A stretch of 23,188 bases of DNA, taken from positions 1-23,188 of the forward strand of contig CAZCAP010000001.1 in the NCBI GenBank assembly GCA_964496765.1, in the 5' to 3' direction. Below are positions 20,981 to 23,188 of this stretch, piece by piece. The number at the start of each line of letters is the position of its first letter. The stretch's first letter is position 1. The notes beneath the pieces are model-generated. The model did no database searches and had not been told where the DNA came from. It saw only the letters and a program-made list of their open reading frames with translations. Made by a program: the position numbers and the translations under genes. This DNA is from an uncultured archaeon. Lineage in GTDB: Archaea > Iainarchaeota > Iainarchaeia > Iainarchaeales > CSSED10-239.

Positions 20981-21430
20981 TTATTTTTTTAATAATTTTT
21001 TAAAAGTTATGGGGTTAATTACTTTTATACCTTTGATTCTTTTATGGTTCTTGTCGTTGAAGGAATAGATGGTGGTTATTTTATTGTCCAACATAGTTTG
21101 TAATAATAATGCATCATAGAAAGATATGTTTTTTTCAAAAGATAAATTTAGAGCATCAAAAACTGTAGTTTGATTGTAGTGAATTATTTCAAACATATCT
21201 TTGATGTTTGCTAAATCAAGTTCTATCTTTTTTTTATCGGATATCTTTAACTTTGTCCTTGCTATTGCTGCATATTCTTGATAATTTTGAATACCTATGC
21301 ATACTCTGTGGTCTGCATATAATTTTAAAATGAGGTTTCTTGCAATTTCTTTTTTCCCTAAATCAATATCTGTATATGCTGCAAGAAGTATATCAGTATC
21401 AATTAAACATCTATCTATCATAGTAATCAC
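20981..21430 (-). CDS. vapC: PIN-domain toxin (VapC-like ribonuclease)
   Basis: N-terminus LIDTDIL (first acidic residue), then FYDALLLQT and a C-terminal SFNDK.. pattern. 149 aa. It overlaps the upstream small gene by 20 nt. Confidence 0.75.
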   Translation of the reverse strand: MITMIDRCLIDTDILLAAYTDIDLGKKEIARNLILKLYADHRVCIGIQNYQEYAAIARTKLKISDKKKIELDLANIKDMFEIIHYNQTTVFDALNLSFEKNISFYDALLLQTMLDNKITTIYSFNDKNHKRIKGIKVINPITFKKLLKK

Positions 21431-21656
21431 CTCTTGTTTTTTGATTTTTCTTTCCTGTTCCTATTTTGGTTGATCCTTCCTTAGAGGTTAGTTTCAAAAA
21501 ATCATCAGCTAAATTTGCTTTTTCATTAGTGAGTTTTGATATTGCTTTAATTATAGTTTTTGAAAGAGCATCCTTTCTATCTCCATAGTTTGCTTTTGCT
21601 GAATCACGGAGCATTCTTTCTGAATCTTTATCCAAAGATATTGTAATTACACCCAT
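21411..21656 (-). CDS. Putative VapB-type antitoxin (ribbon-helix-helix-like)
   Basis: MGVITISLDKDSERMLRD.. reads as beta-strand then helices. An internal Met (M17 of the track ORF) is preferred as the start. The gene is coupled to the PIN gene. Confidence 0.55.
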   Translation of the reverse strand: MGVITISLDKDSERMLRDSAKANYGDRKDALSKTIIKAISKLTNEKANLADDFLKLTSKEGSTKIGTGKKNQKTRGDYYDR

Positions 21657-21802
21657 ATTTTCCCACATCCTTTCGGCTTTAATTTTATTATATGGATATA
21701 TCAAAGGATTTTTAAATGTTGTTAATTACATAAACCATTAATTAAATAGTACTTTATTTAAATAATCTATTACTTAAATCCTGTGATTTATTTTTGGTAT
21801 AG

Positions 21803-21821
21803 TGTCCAACAAATATAACAA
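21803..21821 (-). repeat. 19-nt element, copy D (TTGTTATATTTGTTGGACA on the minus strand, 19/19 with copy A)
   Basis: The plus strand reads tgtccaacaaatataacaa. It lies between the DUF333 gene (stop at 21903) and the antitoxin gene. Confidence 0.8.
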
Positions 21822-21902
21822 CTCAAAAAAGATGTCAGAAAAATAGAATAAGAATAAAAAACAATCCCCTTTGTTTTCTATCCTCAATTATAAACTATGC
21901 TA

Positions 21903-22193
21903 CTAGGGGGCAGTTGTGTACATTCCTTTATCACAGGTTCCATCCTTAAATGCCCATTCCTCACATGCGCTTTTGTCAGGGAATAAGCACATACCGTATT
22001 GTCCATCAGGTCCATCTATTATCTGCAATTCTCCTCCATGTTTAACACAATAAACAGAAGCAGGGTTTGCAAGTCCTGTTTTTTGAGATTTATTTAACAG
22101 CAATATCCCAACAACAACAACAATAATAATTAGGATAATTACTCCAAAAATTATTATTTTTTTCCCTTTTATTGGATCAATTTTTTTCTTCAT
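21903..22193 (-). CDS. N-terminally anchored DUF333 (putative hemolysin-like) domain protein
   Basis: TM helix, then ANPASVYCVKHGGEL...GQYGMCLFPDKSACEEWAFKDGTC, the DUF333 signature. GGAGGT SD. Confidence 0.7.
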   Translation of the reverse strand: MKKKIDPIKGKKIIIFGVIILIIIVVVVGILLLNKSQKTGLANPASVYCVKHGGELQIIDGPDGQYGMCLFPDKSACEEWAFKDGTCDKGMYTTAP

Positions 22194-22226
22194 TTAATTA
22201 CCTCCATATCAATGTATACATTTTAT

Positions 22227-22751
22227 TTAACATTCTCCTTCTTTTAATATCTGAACGCTACCAGCCATACATCTATTTGAATAAGTTACTCCATTTATTC
22301 CACAAATTGGTGCATATTCCATTGTACAAGCTGTTCCTTCTATTGCAGGATAGCTTCCTCCAATACTACATTCTTTTCTAAAGTATTTCCATTCTTCACA
22401 TTCAGAACCATCAGAAAACTTACAAACTCCATATTGTCCTGCTTCTATAGATCTCATTTCAAGTGTTCCACTATTATTTATACAATAAGTAGAAGCTGGA
22501 TTTGCAATCTGAGTTGGGCAAGAAGTTACTTCCCACACACAAGCTTCTTCAGCAGTTAACAAACATCTTCCAGTTGGTCCAGCGGATGTTATTCCATCAG
22601 AACATAATTGATTTGGCATACCAAGCGCAGGTCCACATTCTGACACATCACAAGTACTATCAATAGTTTTTGGTATATAGTTACCCCAGATTAACAATCC
22701 AACAATAACTACAACCAATATAACAATTCCAATAATTATTTTTTTTTCCAT
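22227..22751 (-). CDS. N-terminally anchored Cys-rich protein: novel Cys-rich segment plus DUF333 plus Kazal-like domain
   Basis: TM helix, then a 7-Cys segment. DUF333 follows (ANPASTYCINNSGTL...GQYGVCKFSDGSECEEWKYFRKEC). The C-terminus is CTMEYAPICGINGVTYSNRCMAGSVQILKEGEC, a Kazal_2-like PxCG.(D/N)G.TYSN.C pattern. GGGTGA SD. Confidence 0.7.
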   Translation of the reverse strand: MEKKIIIGIVILVVVIVGLLIWGNYIPKTIDSTCDVSECGPALGMPNQLCSDGITSAGPTGRCLLTAEEACVWEVTSCPTQIANPASTYCINNSGTLEMRSIEAGQYGVCKFSDGSECEEWKYFRKECSIGGSYPAIEGTACTMEYAPICGINGVTYSNRCMAGSVQILKEGEC

Positions 22752-22764
22752 TTAATTTCACCCT

Positions 22765-23025
22765 TTATTTAATACATGCTCCCATTGGATCAGATTCAGT
22801 TATATTTTTAGGCATCTTACAGGTATATCCCTCAGGACATCCAAATCCAGCAATTCCTCCACACATGCAAACTCCTTTACCAAATATATTTGTTCCATAG
22901 CTTGCATTCCCAGCCACACAAAATTCTCTTGTAACTGTTTCAGAATTAAACTTTTGCCAAAATATGAATCCAGAAATTAATAAGACAATTAAGATTACTA
23001 TTCCTATTACAATTAATTTTTTCAT
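22765..23025 (-). CDS. N-terminally anchored small Cys-rich protein
   Basis: TM helix, then 7 Cys in 50 aa, including CMCGGIAGFGCPEGYTC. GGGGGT SD. It lies 13 nt upstream (minus sense) of the next gene. Confidence 0.55.
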   Translation of the reverse strand: MKKLIVIGIVILIVLLISGFIFWQKFNSETVTREFCVAGNASYGTNIFGKGVCMCGGIAGFGCPEGYTCKMPKNITESDPMGACIK

Positions 23026-23070
23026 TAAACTTACCCCCTATATTTCTTTAATAAAAATTATATTTTACTT

Positions 23071-23187
23071 TTATGTGAATTTACTAGAAATTACAGCTAA
23101 ATAAGCCCCCATAGCTGCAGTGGTTAACTGAACTAATCCCATGCTTATTAGAAACAATTTTGGAAAATCAAATAAGTAAACTACAAT
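23071..23187 (-). CDS. 3' end of a partial ORF running off the window (hydrophobic C-terminus)
   Basis: The minus frame reads ...IVVYLFDFPKLFLISMGLVQLTTAAMGAYLAVISSKFT*, with the stop at 23071-23073. Only 38 codons are visible. Confidence 0.25.
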   Translation of the reverse strand: MVVYLFDFPKLFLISMGLVQLTTAAMGAYLAVISSKFT

Positions 23188-23188
23188 A

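Noticed and set aside
22172-22381. 69-aa plus-strand ORF across the DUF333 gene junction
   Set aside because: It is antisense to two genes with recognisable DUF333 signatures.

Overview
This is an AT-rich window, roughly 30% G+C by eye. Gene content (aEF-2, DTD2-type deacylase, PyrBI) and very short spacers point to an archaeon, probably a small-genome DPANN-like lineage, though lineage cannot be proven from this window. Left to right the window holds the following. (1) aEF-2. (2) A ~0.9 kb non-coding stretch with two strongly signalled lysine-rich micro-ORFs. (3) A DXR-family homologue that has lost its NADPH and catalytic motifs. (4) DTD2. (5) A ~7 kb, ten-gene co-directional operon carrying the whole folate-dependent thymidylate cycle: tmk, glyA, thyA, folA and a kinase-like::dCMP-deaminase fusion. 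The same operon also holds a DNPH1/Rcl-like dNMP N-glycosidase, an AlkD-like DNA-alkylation-repair protein and three unknowns. (6) A minimal K+ channel, an HTH-TM-beta-propeller protein, a CxxC-x17-CxxC RGG protein and pyrBI. (7) An accessory-looking right end: a third Lys-rich micro-ORF, a 260 bp GC-richer non-coding island, a solo HNH nuclease, a transglutaminase-like protein, VapBC, and three membrane-anchored Cys-rich DUF333/Kazal-like proteins. The most unusual sequence-level signals are: (a) a TTGGAC(A/G) motif family, including a 19-nt element in four near-identical copies and a TTGGACA-N7-TGTCCAA palindrome, concentrated at transcription-unit boundaries; (b) the micro-ORF family with a shared promoter, leader and SD design; (c) the DXR-like pseudoenzyme; (d) the DcdV-like kinase::deaminase architecture inside the thymidylate operon. 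No rRNA, tRNA, CRISPR array, transposase or integrase was recognised. All functional calls rest on motif recognition by eye, not database searches.
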